DNA of 64,000 nucleotides, from assembly GCA_036172245.1 (NCBI GenBank), contig JAYWIR010000010.1, forward strand, positions 1,922,001 to 1,986,000, in the 5' to 3' direction. Every line of letters begins with the position of its first letter. Positions within the stretch are counted from its first letter, which is position 1. Of this stretch, positions 37,196 to 49,769 are shown in pieces. The notes under the pieces were generated by a model. The model worked only from the letters and a program-made list of their open reading frames with translations. It searched no databases and was not told the DNA's origin. The translations under genes were made by a program, and so were the position numbers. Source of the stretch: Raillietiella orientalis (lineage: Eukaryota).

Positions 37196-39359
37196 CGGGG
37201 ACGTCTGGCCCACCGTGCACTTGTCCGCGAGAGGCTGGGCTTTTTCCCCGCCGCAAGCGCGAGCCCGCTCGGCGGCCGCGACGGGAAGAGGGAGGGGCCA
37301 GGAAGCCGATAGGCGCTAGCTGGTCCGGGAACGAGATCGGGCAACACTCCGGACAGCCACCGCCCCCACCGGAAGGAGACGAAGTTTCGGCGCCTCGACC
37401 AACGGACGGGGAAGGCACGAGGGCGCGGTGAACCGGAGGCGGGGATCACCTCCCGGGGTACGTCGAAGGCTTCGGGTCCGAATCGCTGAGATACCGTCCG
37501 AGCGTGCTGCTGCTGTTGCCCGGGTACCGGCTCCCGGGCGCAGTGGTTTTGCGAGGGGCGGCGAAAGCGCCGCGCGCTCCTCCGGGATGGACCCGTGTGC
37601 TCCGAGGGAGAAAACGTGGCTACGACGATCTCTTCCGGATGAGCCAGCGAGTTGCACCTAGGTCAGGCTGACCACATTCAGGTCAAGAAGACCGCAACTC
37701 ATCCCTGGGCCTCCCCGTTCGATGGAGTCTCTGGCTCTGGCGAAGGGAAAATCAGGATCGGGGGAATATGAGGATGATGGGAAGCACCGCTTCATTGCTC
37801 TGTGGAAACGTTGGTGCGAACGCGCCCGCAGGCGGATCCTCAAGCGCCTGGCCACCCTTCCACGTGAGCACCCCGCACGCACGAAATGCGGCGGCCGCGG
37901 CAGTGCTGACGACACAGACTCTGCTCGGAGCGCTGACGACCGACTGAGTCCGGTGAGAATGCCTTGCAGCCCGACCCCACCCTTACACTCAGGTGGCAGC
38001 AGAGAAAAAATCACGTCCCAAAACACCGGATACGCTGGGGCGAAGGAGGCTTTTGAAGCTGCGGCGGCTTGCTCTGAGGGCGACGGTAGTCTTCCCCCGC
38101 CTGAATTTTGTGTTTGGTTGATGTCACTTCCCGGCCATTGGTGATTTGCTTCAAAGCTCTATTGATGGCGTAATTCTTCCCGCGGCAACTCGGTGGCTCC
38201 CTCTCGTAGAGACGAATTTCAAGTGTTGTGGAGTTCCTGCGTGAGTCGCTAGATGGCTAGACGGCGGAAGCACAGTCACTCTGAATCGTTGCCTAGTCTA
38301 CGAACAGAGTCCGCCGGTGCGTGTACCGATCGTTGTTCCAAGCAAATTGGGCATCTTCCAGCAAAGCAGGGAGAAGTTTTACACCCACACCTATCATCAG
38401 GAGCCCCTGCGTGCTCTCAACTGCTGCTGCCTGTCCTTCAGAGCTTGAAATGCACGTGAAAGGATTCCCCATGACGATTCACCAGCATTCGAAACGGTGC
38501 TTCAAGGAAAAGAAAACAACAACCCGGAGAAATGCATGGAACTTTCTTCGGAATGTGAACCCGGCGAGTTGATCGCGAGGGAGGAAAGAGAAGAAGAAAA
38601 ACATTGTCTGAATATCTGAGCCTCAGTTTCTCATCTCAACCGGCGCTGCCGCAAACTGATACTCTCCTGAGTCAGCATCCATCGGCATCCCGCACCAGAA
38701 GATTAACAGACGTTCGTGCATCGCTCAGCCGGCACTCTGCACGAGCGGATCTCTGTGGCCGCACGTGGATGTCTGCGCGTACGCAGGCACGCACGTGCGC
38801 CGCGTAGTCTACGTTCAGTGACGATGGAGGCGGATTTCCACTTCCTACGAGCTTGGCGGCACCGAGCTGAAAGGCCGCTTGGATCTTCCGCGGAGCAATG
38901 GAAGAGGGCGTTTTGATCTCCGGTGAGGAGCGGGCCGGACGTGAGCAAAACGCCTTCGTCGAAGGGAACTTCGGCGCTTCCTAGAAACACCCCTTGCGAG
39001 TCGACAGGTTTCTCTTCTTCCCCTTCCCGAAAGAGTCCGCCCTCCCTCGGGCGCGGGACGAGTGTCAGTGTGCCGTAAGGGCGCTTCGGGGCATCCGAAG
39101 CCCACCGAAGCAACGTTGGCCCCCGCGGACCGTTTGGGCGGGTCCTCTGATGGACCCCGCGAGCTTTTCTGACACCCCTCACTGAGCACCACTCGTGCTG
39201 CTGCATCTTCCATCGCCGCGTATCTCGCTCGCGTAATTCTCCCCAGAACCCTCTTCCGGGTCGCTCACCACGACCTTTTTCCCCTCTCTGTCAGCTGCCT
39301 TCCCCTCCCCCCTCCCTCTTTACACTCGCCGAGGGACAACAGCATGTCTGCAGGAGGAT

Positions 39360-39940
39360 GCCTTCCAGCTGCCTCCTTCACCTGGCGGCTCACGAAGCTC
39401 CTTGATTCTGTGCACGCCGCCCGAGGGTGCGTTCACCCTTTAAGTTGTAAGGGGCAACACCGGGGGAGGCACCCTATGAATCCATGAGGGACTCCGGAGG
39501 AAGGAGTCCGTCCCTCTCACCCTGAGACTCCTGAAGGGACGCTCCCCGAAGGGAGCAGCGCTCTTGACACTCGGAAGAGGCAACCCCCCGAGGGGGCGTC
39601 AACCAGCTCCATGGTCCTGTTCGAGAGAGGGGGACGGCTCCATGTTCACAACCGGAGAGGAACCCCGAAGGACTCCTTGATTCCTGCAAGGACCCCGGGA
39701 GAGTCAACTCGCAATCCCGGCCAGCCAACGGGGGCACCCAGGGATTTCCAGTTGCCGCCAGTGCTGCACCCGAAGCCAATCGAAGACAGCCAGCGTCATC
39801 TTGCGGGGAAAACTCGAACCCACGACGCTCCCTCCGTTCTCGACATCGATGCTTCCTTCCCCGGGCAGGATTCGAGCTCGCAACGCTGAGTGCCACCACG
39901 CGCGGAAAGACTGCAGCCACACGGCCGCCGACGCGGTTCC
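39360..39940. mobile_element. Deleted copy C: 5' part of the LINE-like unit (+) joined to the tRNA-like SINE (-)
   Basis: 39370-39520 matches 30770-30920 (GCCTCCTTCA, GGCTCACGAA, CCGAGGGTGCGT, CCCTATGAAT); 39590-39670 matches 32035-32115 (TTCACAACCGGAG); 39780-39930 matches 33000-33150. Confidence 0.65.
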
Positions 39941-42549
39941 AGGTCGTGGAGCCATCTGGACGCGTTCCCTGTAGATCTTTCCAGCCGCTGAAAAGACGGC
40001 TGCGTAAACCCCTGTTCCCTTGTGATCTCTTTCTCTCGGGCCAGGGGCGTCACGTCACGAATGGAAGTGAAGGCACGCCCAGGAGGAGATTATCCCTCCT
40101 CCTGCCGCATTCGCCCCTTCGTGGCCCTTCCGGAAATCGCGCTGCGTGGGACGCCAGATGATCCTCCTCTTTGGCGGCTCCCTCGGCGACCCGGAAGTGT
40201 CTGTTCTCCCCGCCAGCGGGAGGTCCCGTCCTCCTTCGCCGAGGGTGGCCGAAGCAGGACGGAGCGGCTGGACTTCCGCTTCGTCCCGACCCCCGACCCG
40301 ATGGCTCTTCCCGGAGGTTGCAGACCGCTCCCCCTCCATTGCTCCCGGACCGTCGCGCGCGCGGAAGGAGGAGGCGAGGAATTGGCCGGCTTCTCCGTTC
40401 TCGACCCCTGCCTGCTCCTCCTCTTCCCCCTCGACCGGAAGGAAGGGCGTAGAACTCTAGAAAACCTCTCCTTTCTCTGTGGTATCGCCAGGAGCTCTCT
40501 GGAGGCTTTCCGGAAGCCGCCATCCGGCGCGCCGGATAGCCTCGGAGACGCTCCCTATATGGCCAGCGGGCGGGGGTCCCACGTCCGAAGAGGAACGACG
40601 AGGCCTTCTCGCCCAATACCGTCCAGCCCTCCAAAGGGAATGCCGCCGGCTCTGCAGGAGAAAAGGAAACGCCCCAAGGCGCCCTGAAGGCTCTCGCCGG
40701 AAAAGATGACAGACGGCCTTGGGCTGCTTCTTTTCCGTTCCGCAGGCTGAGAGGAAGGCATGAAGGGAGGCTCAAGAGGAGGAGGAAGGGACCCAAGGCT
40801 GTTGCCTCCTGACCAGGGCACGCAGTTTGCCTGCCGAGGGCGGTGCGAGGGACGAAAGAAGCCTCCCTTCCAAAGTCCGGGGATGAGAATCCAGAGAAAG
40901 CGAAAGGAATCGTACGGTACGATGTGAGAACTAGCTTGGGCCGCCACTTCGGGCGGAAGTTCCACTCCGTTCGAGACCTTGCGAGGAGCGTCTGGGGGTG
41001 AGGAACGCTAGGAAGGATGCAGAGTGCCCGGGAAGAGAATTCTGAAAGCACCGTTTCTTTCCGATCACTCCCCTATCTCCGGCAAAAGAGGAAGGGGGTG
41101 GCTGCGGAGGAAGAAGCCCTTTCGCGCGAAGCGGGGTGAGCTGCGGCTTCCAGCGGCCGTCTTGAGAAGCTCGGAGCATTTCGACAGAGCTCTAAGAGAT
41201 GGCGCGGAAACTTCATCGGAAATTGCCGATCGCTCGAGGGACGACGCGAATGGTCAGCCAGGAGTGAGGCGACCAAGTAGCAGGAGATCCCAGCTCCTTG
41301 GTCACAACCCACCCCAGTGAAGTCCTGATTCAACTCGTCCTAGCGTGGTCAAAGAAAACCGGCGGTGGCACCCTTCGTCCCCCCGTCGAAACCGACTGGA
41401 ACAATGCGGGAACTTCAGGATTCGTCCGCCCCAAGCTACGATGTGTCGGGAAGTGAGTTGGAGGTGATAAATGGGCAAAGAGAGGGAGAGAGCCGAAGTA
41501 GGGATGAACGTCTTTGACTGCTCTCGCGGATATTATTTAACACCCCTTATTCTGCGACCTGACCTGGAGGAGGGTCGTTTACCTCCTCCTCCTCCCTTCC
41601 TGCTCCCACAACCGCACTCTGGAAACGGCTCCATCCGTGGCTCGACACAGCCTCAGGAGGGGCTGGCCTTCGGGGCCGACCTGGCTAGCCGGCGCGCTCC
41701 TGGTCAACCCTTCTGGAACACTTCCTATTATCCCGGCCACCCGGACGCTCAGTAGGGAATCAGATCTTACCCAGGATCAGTCCCCGTCCTCCGGACATCG
41801 GTCAGGAACGAGGAAAGAGCAAGTCCTCTCACCTGGAAGGGCAGCTCAACGAATCTTTGGAGTTCCCTTTTGGAACCCGGGGGTGGTCGTCACTACATCC
41901 AGGAATGCATTGTGCTGAAAAATTGTTCGCTGAGAGGCTGAGTGGGCACGCTTCCTGGGGTTGTTGTTGGCTCCTGTTCGCTTCTTCTTCCTCGCCCCCT
42001 TCCTGGGATTGGAGTGTGGCTACTTCCGCTCCCTTCCTGCGGTTGTCGGGCACCAAAATGGGATCAGTCGGCTAGGAGCAGGAGGACGGCATTTGTTCTT
42101 TTCCTTTAGAGCAGGGATTTCGCTTCCACCTGAGACAGTACCGCCCAGCCCAGCAGTGATCCTGCTGTGCAGCCAGCCACCTCCGAGATGAATCCAGGTG
42201 TTCCGTGATGAGTCATCCACCTCACTCGCAACTTCTTCCCTCTAGGAGACTGCTTGCTTCCTTTTCTTTCTGCTCTGGAGCTTCAGCACTACCGCCTCTG
42301 AAACGATGGCGGGACAGATTGCGAGCCGGCAAACTCACAGCGCCATCTTAACATCGGAAAACTAACCGGGAAGGGTCGCTCGTGCGGGTGGAGACGTCAG
42401 TGGGCGCAGTGGCTCCCTTCAGAGCCTCCATGAATCCCCACGCGAACTTGACAGAAATGTCCCGAGCGCGAAGTCAAGGTGGAGGAAAAGAAGGGAAAAG
42501 GAAAAGAACAGAAAATCAATGAAGGGGAGCAGGTGCTTGTCTGACAGAC

Positions 42550-43050
42550 GGAGAAAGCACAGAGTCGCCTCTCGTCTTGGAGGAACGGAAAGTCCCAAAT
42601 TTCGCAAATGCCCTGAGGGTTGGGATAGGTGTTCATTGCGTTGCCGGAGACCCTACGTTACTGGCAGACCCAGGATCTCTGCCGAATAATTTGTCCCTTC
42701 TTATTCATTGCTGGCTCTGAAATACCGAGGCTTATTTATCTCCAGTATCCAATTCATCAACGTAGAAAAGTTCCCAAGCGTGGCGGGAATGCATCGGGAG
42801 AAAGCAGTCGCGTCCAGGCAGGAGGAAAACCAAAGTCCCCGACGGCAGAGGACGTCCGTGCGTATGGCCAAATGGTCCCGGCAGACAAACAGGATGAATA
42901 GATGATGCAAACTGGCGAGTCTGATTTTCGAAAGGTCACGCAAGTGTTGATCTGCCGGATTCATAACTTCGATCTCCTCGTTACCAGCAGGGAAGCTGGG
43001 TCCGGTGTCCCTTCTGTCGTTGCCTGCTTCCCATACCAAGCCGGTGTTCC
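42550..43050 (-). mobile_element. Decayed Ty3/gypsy reverse transcriptase remnant
   Basis: LSKIRLASLHHL...IRTDVLCRRGLW...IPATLGNFSTLMNWILE...NEHLSQPSGHLRNLGLSV follows the order of gypsy RT motifs (SKIDL..AYHQ, KTAF...GL, PATFQRLMN.IL, EHL......LR..GL). The catalytic YxDD is lost. Confidence 0.55.
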
Positions 43051-44749
43051 GAGCTTTCCCACCAGAGTCGTCGTGCGTCCAAACAGAGGTCTGCCGTTAT
43101 TTCTGCCTTGGGGTTCAATTCAGGATCGACGTTTGCTCTGCTCCTGTCTGCAAGGCTTTGTGGACCTCAGGCCTACTCGGAACTTGGGGGGTATGAGATG
43201 GAGTAGCAGTGTCCATTTGCATGCTGCCGGTTCTCACAGTGACTGAAGAGTTTTCGTCTTTTCGGTTGCTCGAGGCACCTTCGATGCAAAAGGGTTTGTG
43301 AAACGAAGAAACATCTAGATCGAGGCACCCCAACTCGGAAAGAAAAGACAAGGGTTTCAAGGGTTCTGACGTGAAACCAAGCAGCATCGCCCAGAACCAC
43401 AGAATGACATCCGCGAAGAGCAACCAGAAGGAAAGAAATTTTACGAGAGACGGCAAGTCGGGGAACGAGATTGGGCAGGAGACGGAAATGCGCGCTTAGA
43501 TTTGGTGTCCTCAGTCTTTGCGGGTTTTTCTTTCTTTTCGAGCAGAGATAAATAATCCAGCATCATCCAAACTCACTGTACCAAAATCGTGTGCTTAGTT
43601 TTCCTGAGTTCTCGCTCAATGGCAACATCCAAAACATCGAGGGAGCTGGAGGGAGCAGATCTGCCTCAAAGAATGAAACTGCCCAGCTCATTCTGCCATC
43701 CTTCTGCTGTGGATGCGATGCGATGAAGCGACTTACATTATTTATTTATTTGTTTACTTTTTGCGAAGGGACGCTTCGCCTCTTTGCTGCTACAAATTTA
43801 CTGAAAGCAAATCTCCCTGGCATCCTGAGATGCTGTTCCTAAGATACCAGAGGAATCAAATCTTCCTCGATGGCACCTGAGTTTCCTTGCCCTCCCAAAA
43901 AGCGAAACAGACGGAAAGCCTCTCTCTGTGGTACGCACCGGAAGCTAAGAAATGAATCTTTGCCTGTACATCTTGCTGCAGAAGCTGAAATTCATTTATC
44001 TGCTAGTAGTTCCAAATCAACTGCACGTTCCGATTCGTTGAGACTGTTGGACAAGTTAGTGTCGTCAGACAGCATCCTCTGATGCAATCCTCTGATTGCA
44101 ACCATCAAAGAGATCGCTCATCCTAACTGAGTTATTTTTTGTTATTTTTGTTATTTTTTACAATGTCATCTCCCCAATTCCAAACGGAGAAACCAGGCAG
44201 ACTTGAAAACCAACCGACGTGCCCAGCAAAAGGAAAGAAATCGATTCCATCGAAAGTACGCCGCGAAATTCCGTAGGAGAAGATCGCTGCGCTTCCCTTC
44301 CTTTCTCCTCCAAGAAACTGGGGATCCTTGAAGTGTTACAAATGATTCCTCCTAGAGTTTTCATCACAATAAAAGTCATGGTTGTCCCATGAACCTAGAG
44401 CTCAGCGCCCAAGTGATTCGCTTCCCTTTGTCTACTCAATTCCCATGAAAAGTGGAAAGATTTTCTCTTCCAAGGATCCTGATGCTCCTGGCAAACTCGA
44501 ACCGAAGCTGTTCGTCGGGGACCCAAGCTGACGTCCGGGGTCGGAGCGAAGAGCCGCCACCATGTTTTCCCTGCCGAAGAGCCAAGGAAAAATCCCAGAG
44601 CACTGCGATACGTCAGGAATGCTATCAGCCGGTGGAATACGGGAAGGCACTGAGCGCAAGAAAGCGCTAAATCGATCGATTGGGATGAGCATGCCGACCT
44701 GAGAACGACTTCCGCTTCCCGCAGGATGACGGCTCGCGCTGATGTGGCC

Positions 44750-44809
44750 AGATCGAAGTTTTCGGTTCACATGCACACATTTTGTGTACAGTGAGCACAT
44801 TGTGCGCGC

Positions 44810-44858
<49 letters not shown>

Positions 44859-44900
44859 CGGTACGAATATGTGTGTCTGGATTAGAATCGGGGATTTTAC
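44750..44900. repeat. Short (TA)n-cored element, probably a minimal member of the MITE-like family
   Basis: Ends GATCGAAGTTTTCGG and GATTAGAATCGGGGATTT resemble the termini at 27250 and 28506; (TA)n at about 44811-44854. Confidence 0.4.
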
Positions 44901-46029
44901 GGAATGTATTATTCATGCATGTCATGCTTATGTTCCTTCTGTTTGCGAAACTGGCCCTCGGCTCTGTGCTTCTCATGTATTTTCCAGGGGATTGTACCTG
45001 CTGGAAGATGAGCTTCGTTCTAACAACCTCACGATGATCAAAACAGTAAAAGTGAGATAAAAAAGCATCTTAACAAGATGGTTATTTTTTCGAAAGTCCG
45101 AAGAGAAAGTATTCCGAGCCATCTTTGTTCGGAAATTTATTCGCACATGAAGTTAAATTAAGTTCATTAGCAGATCGAATTTTGCAGATAATTGTGCCCG
45201 AAGTAAACAGAGGAGGCACTGAATGAATGAGGACTGTCATTCAAGGCAATCGTCAAACAAGAAACAGTTTCGTCAATGCTTCAGCTTGTAAATGCCTGCC
45301 AAAGGAAAGCATTCTCTATATGACTACCAAAGTGCTAAGTTCCCTTAAGCATGTCTAAACACTTGTTTTGTTGCACTTGTGTTTCTGGTGACTAGTCCGT
45401 GCTCTACTGATTCTGACGGAAAAAATAAATAAATAAAATAAATGCTGTTCGCCACCGATTCAGTTAGAGAAAGTCTGCAATGGAATCGTTCATTTGTTTT
45501 ATTCTCAAGAAACCACGCTGCATCTTTTATTCTACTGGAACTTTAGTAAAGCTTTTCCTGTTGCTGAGCCAAAACAGATGGGATTCTGCAAGAAATCACA
45601 CCTTGCTGATTCGTTTCAAAGCTCCACAGATTAAGCAGATGCCCTAAACGGAACATGGAAACGAAGGTAAAATAAAGGCTTTGCACGGAGAGCATCGGAT
45701 TACCACGAATGTACTTATTGATGTACACAAGCAGGAATGCCCATGTGAATGGAAAAGCTGCTGTGTGTTTGTGATTCGGTCTTGCAGAAAAGTATCACGT
45801 CGAGTTCAACTTTTCCCCGTGGAGTATGTGGGACGTTTGTTGAGGATTGATTAAGCAAAAAGAAAAAGAAAAAAAATGAACATAATAAATTTCGAAACGA
45901 AAGTTCCAGCAAACAGCTGTATATAAACACACAGCAGGGATTACTGGAGAGTCATTACGTGGCCCACAGTGGTTTGTTAATTTGCCACGTGCACCATATA
46001 TAAATATTGTGGATTCCGTGTTAACGAAG

Positions 46030-47169
46030 ATGGTGGCCAGCAGGATGTCTGCCGTGATGCATACGGTGCTTGTGAATTATGCATTCGTCCTTTTAATCAT
46101 CTCGCCACTTTTGCTTGCACAAGATAGAGGTCCCAAAGTAACAGACAAGGTTCGTAGAGGATTTGTGGGAAGGTTGCATCATGAACTCCGTCTGCAGTTG
46201 TGCTTTCTATATGTTGGTACAGCCACGAGCTGGCCTAATTTTCCGTAATTTGTATGTAAGCAAAGCCCTGCGCTGCTCTTTCCGAGTGTTATGTGGCCTG
46301 TGAGGTATTGTTTTTGTGATAGCAGAGACAGACAAATGCGTCCGCTTCCAATTTGTCAGCCATTTGTGTTCCATTGATTGTTTTTTTTTTTTGCATTCAC
46401 GGTTATGAAAAGTTCCGCCCTAGAGTGCGATTTATTACCGCTGCAGTACTACACTGATGTGTTTTAAAGTACTTTAACAATTCTGCAGTCACAAGCATTA
46501 CATAGGCGATCGAGCTATTGCGTCGCAATTCTTTGAAGACTGTTTAGACCGCTGATTCAAATACGTACGTTTAAAAAGCTTAAACAGCATTTTGTGATTT
46601 CCTCAAAGTAATTGCTAACATCTCTGTTGCCACAGGTATGGTTTGACATTCAGATAGGAGATGAAGAACTTCAAAGAATTGAAATAGGCCTCTTTGGTAA
46701 AACTGTACCCAAAACTGTGAGAAACTTTGTCGAACTGTCGCAAAGAAGTGGTACTGAAGGCTATATTGGAAGTTCTTTTCATCGAGTGATCAAAAACTTC
46801 ATGCTCCAAGGAGGTGACTTCACAAAAGGAGATGGAACAGGGGGAAAAAGTATTTATGGTGACCGTTTTGAAGATGAGAACTTCAAACTCAAGCATTATG
46901 GTGCTGGCTGGCTTAGCATGGCCAATGCTGGCAAGGACACCAATGGGTCCCAATTCTTCATCACAACTAAAAAGACTGCTTGGCTGGATGGACGACATGT
47001 GGTATTTGGCAAAGTGCTTAGTGGGATGAATGTAGTGCGCCGAATTGAAGAGTTACCAACTGATAGCAAAGACAGACCTCTTACAGACGTTAAAATTGTA
47101 GCTGCAGGCCATGAACAGCTTGAAAGTGACAGCTACATTACTGTAGAAAGGACAGATGCCATTAACTAA
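46030..47169 (+). CDS. PPIB: Peptidyl-prolyl cis-trans isomerase B (ER cyclophilin B), 2 exons
   Basis: Exon 46030-46149 (hydrophobic signal peptide, GPKVTDK) and exon 46636-47169 ([62 protein letters not shown]). The true start may be the Met at 46045 or 46057. AATAAA at 47183. Confidence 0.95.
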
Positions 47170-47222
47170 TTCTTCCCTTTTGAATAAAAGTCATATTTAT
47201 CTAAGAGAATTTTTTTTATATA

Positions 47223-48707
47223 TTAGGGCCACTCTGCAAGGGCCTCATCTAAATCATTTGAATCATTTTTCTGGCGCTGTTGTCCAAACCTATCTTTTGG
47301 GAAATTCCCTCTTTGCTGAAGTGGCAAAGATTCAACTGGGCGACAAATAACATCATCAAGACTCTGAAACAATGGATTAGAACCTAATTTAACAGGGGAA
47401 AAGGTAACTCACTTCATCTGACAAAGATTCAGATTCTTGTAGACTGCACAAGATTCTCTCCCATTCCTGAATTATTTCTCGACTTCCATCTCGATCCACA
47501 GCTGCTTGAATGGATGTTATCTATCCACCTTTTGCTGTAATGAACTTTGCAACCAGTTTGTAACTCACCACTTCCTTTGAGATTTTTCCCACCTTGAAGC
47601 TGCTATTCAACCAATGCTTTAAAATGACAAGAATTTCTGGGACACGATCAACTTCTGCCAGGGCTGCTAACTAATATATGAATGTCTCAAGTAAGCATAA
47701 GAACCAGGAACTTTTGTGATATACCTTGATACTTCGCACTGCATAATACTCCTGAAAGCGTAACAATCCCAGAATCTCCAAACATGTACCATACTGCTTT
47801 TGCCTTAGAGCTAAAGCCGAAGCAAACAAAATACTACGGCGGACCAAAATTTTGCCTGCCTGCTGTGATTCGTGCACGTATTTCAACATGTTGTGAAATG
47901 CAATTTCATCATTCTGTTTATACAATGCTGCCATCAGCAGAATAGTAACATTGTTGGGGTATCTCTGCCCCTGTGATGCAGAATTCTGAAGGTGTTCAAA
48001 GATGGCTAACACATCATCATAACGATGACATTCATACAATAAATCCATAGCAATTGTATAACTTATTGATTGGAAAACATGTGGACTTGTTTCAGGATCA
48101 TTATATACCTCCATAACTAAGTCAGGTACACAAAGATCATGGAGCATTCGCATCAAAATAGGACCAAATACAAATTGACCAAAACGTATAATTTGGTTTT
48201 GTGTGCAGAATTTTCGAAACATTGCTACAGCCAGTCTTGCATCATCTTCATTTGAGCTCAAATGCACTATATGCTTCATATCCTCAGTAAATATCATGCT
48301 ATTGGGTTCATTCAATGTTGCTTGCATCTTCTGCCGAAATCTGTCAGCAATGCCAGACAACTGCAATTGTACTTGTGCCTGCCGATGCTTAAAGCCTGGC
48401 ATGCCCAAAGAGGCAGGTGTAAACAGCCAGCGTTTACCTAAAATCCAGGACTAGAAAAACATTGTTCCTACATAAATACATAATAATGCTTGTTCTAAAC
48501 ACTTCATTTTTAATTAAATCATTAAAAATGTGACTAGAGTAGAAAAAAAAAAAAATTCTTCAGGACCTCCATGTTAGAAAGTTCACATAATGTGAGATTT
48601 GCTCACTCAAAGTTCTAATTCAAACATATGTACAAAATTTTCTAAATAACACACACACAACCTTTAAGAGTGCATATTGTCAAAGGAATGGGTCTGAGCA
48701 TAAACAT
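47223..48707 (-). CDS. PTCD2: Pentatricopeptide repeat-containing protein 2, mitochondrial (PTCD2-like)
   Basis: Exons 48437-47725, 47670-47569, 47520-47413, 47363-47223 join in frame via 54, 48 and 49 nt GT-AG introns. Motifs IFTEDMKHIVHL, RFGQFVFGPILMRM, SYTIAMDLLYE, FASALAL, SLDDVIC. The first exon 48707-48662 (MFMLRPIPLTICTLK) is tentative. Confidence 0.85.
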
Positions 48708-49769
48708 TTCTTTTGGTCAAAACATGCGACATTATAGAAGAAAACACAAAACTGAAAAACTGTAAGAAAAGTGGATACTCATGTTTTCCTAAAATACATC
48801 TGAATTTATTAAAAATGAAACGACGTTTTCATTTCACTATCTAAATATGGATGGCATAAACCACAGACTGAATAAATGCATGACATTAAGTAAACTATAC
48901 ATTATATCACTGACACAACACATTTAACATAAAATTACTGATCTCATAATAGTTGTTAGAGAATCAGTTCCCCAACCACTGCATATACCTTAACTTATTA
49001 CATAAAAAACGAATCAGTAATCCCTGATACCATTCCTCATAGATAACCAAGCTGAAAACAGCATCATTTCACAGTGTGATCAGAAACCTTTGTACTGAAT
49101 ATGCGTTGTCACCATTTCTTTGCACTGGGTTTGAATCCCCCTCTTAAACATCCCACCTTTTTGTTTCCGAGGATAAGTTGACCACACATAATTCTCATAC
49201 CTTTGTAATGCACTTTACTATTAATAGATATTAAATTTGAACAAGTTAATTGATCTAGGATCGCCAATGAAAATTTTACTTAAACTGTGACATTAGAATT
49301 TAAAGATGAGGAGGAAAAAAGTAAACTCGTCTCTTTCCTTATTTCCCACTTCATATACATTCAGAGTACCTTTTAAATGTAGAGCAGAACATACACTTGG
49401 CCATGTTCTATTGGTGAGCAAAGTAATTGGGGGTATCAAAATACACGACATATCCCTGATACTTTTAGGTGTCCGAATGCACAACGTATCCCTAAACAAT
49501 ACGAAGAAATAAAATAACAATGAGCAGTCACTAATTATCGAATCTCTACTTACCAAATCAAACAGTAATAACTGGACAAGTAACTTTTTCAACTTGTGTC
49601 AGTACTTGCTTATTGCCCACTTTTGAAGATGTTTGGGACGAAACCACAAAATGAATAACAAATATATGAATTAACTTATAATTAGTTATAAAAAGGATAT
49701 TCCACCCTATTGAAATAATATGAAAACCAATCTCATATTTTTGATGCGACTGCACGGAAACCCTCTAAT

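Noticed and set aside
38365..38411. Hammerhead-like pattern on the minus strand (GCAGGG...CTGATGA...AAAC...CCCTGC)
   Set aside because: No stem II, AAAA instead of GAAA and no stem III; not supportable as a ribozyme.
40860..41460. RT-like fragments (GVGCDQGAGISCYL, DSFRFLWI) and weak similarity to 57230-57300
   Set aside because: Motifs are too degenerate to distinguish from chance.
19000..42500. Many long overlapping ORFs (e.g. 32658-34067, 33807-34790, 40050-41051)
   Set aside because: Arg/Pro/Gly/Ser-rich, open in several frames at once, as expected from GC-rich stop-poor DNA; no recognisable domains beyond the TE fragments listed.
49060..49150. tRNA-like sequence with GGTTTGAATCCC
   Set aside because: Only a decayed B box; no A box or cloverleaf identifiable.
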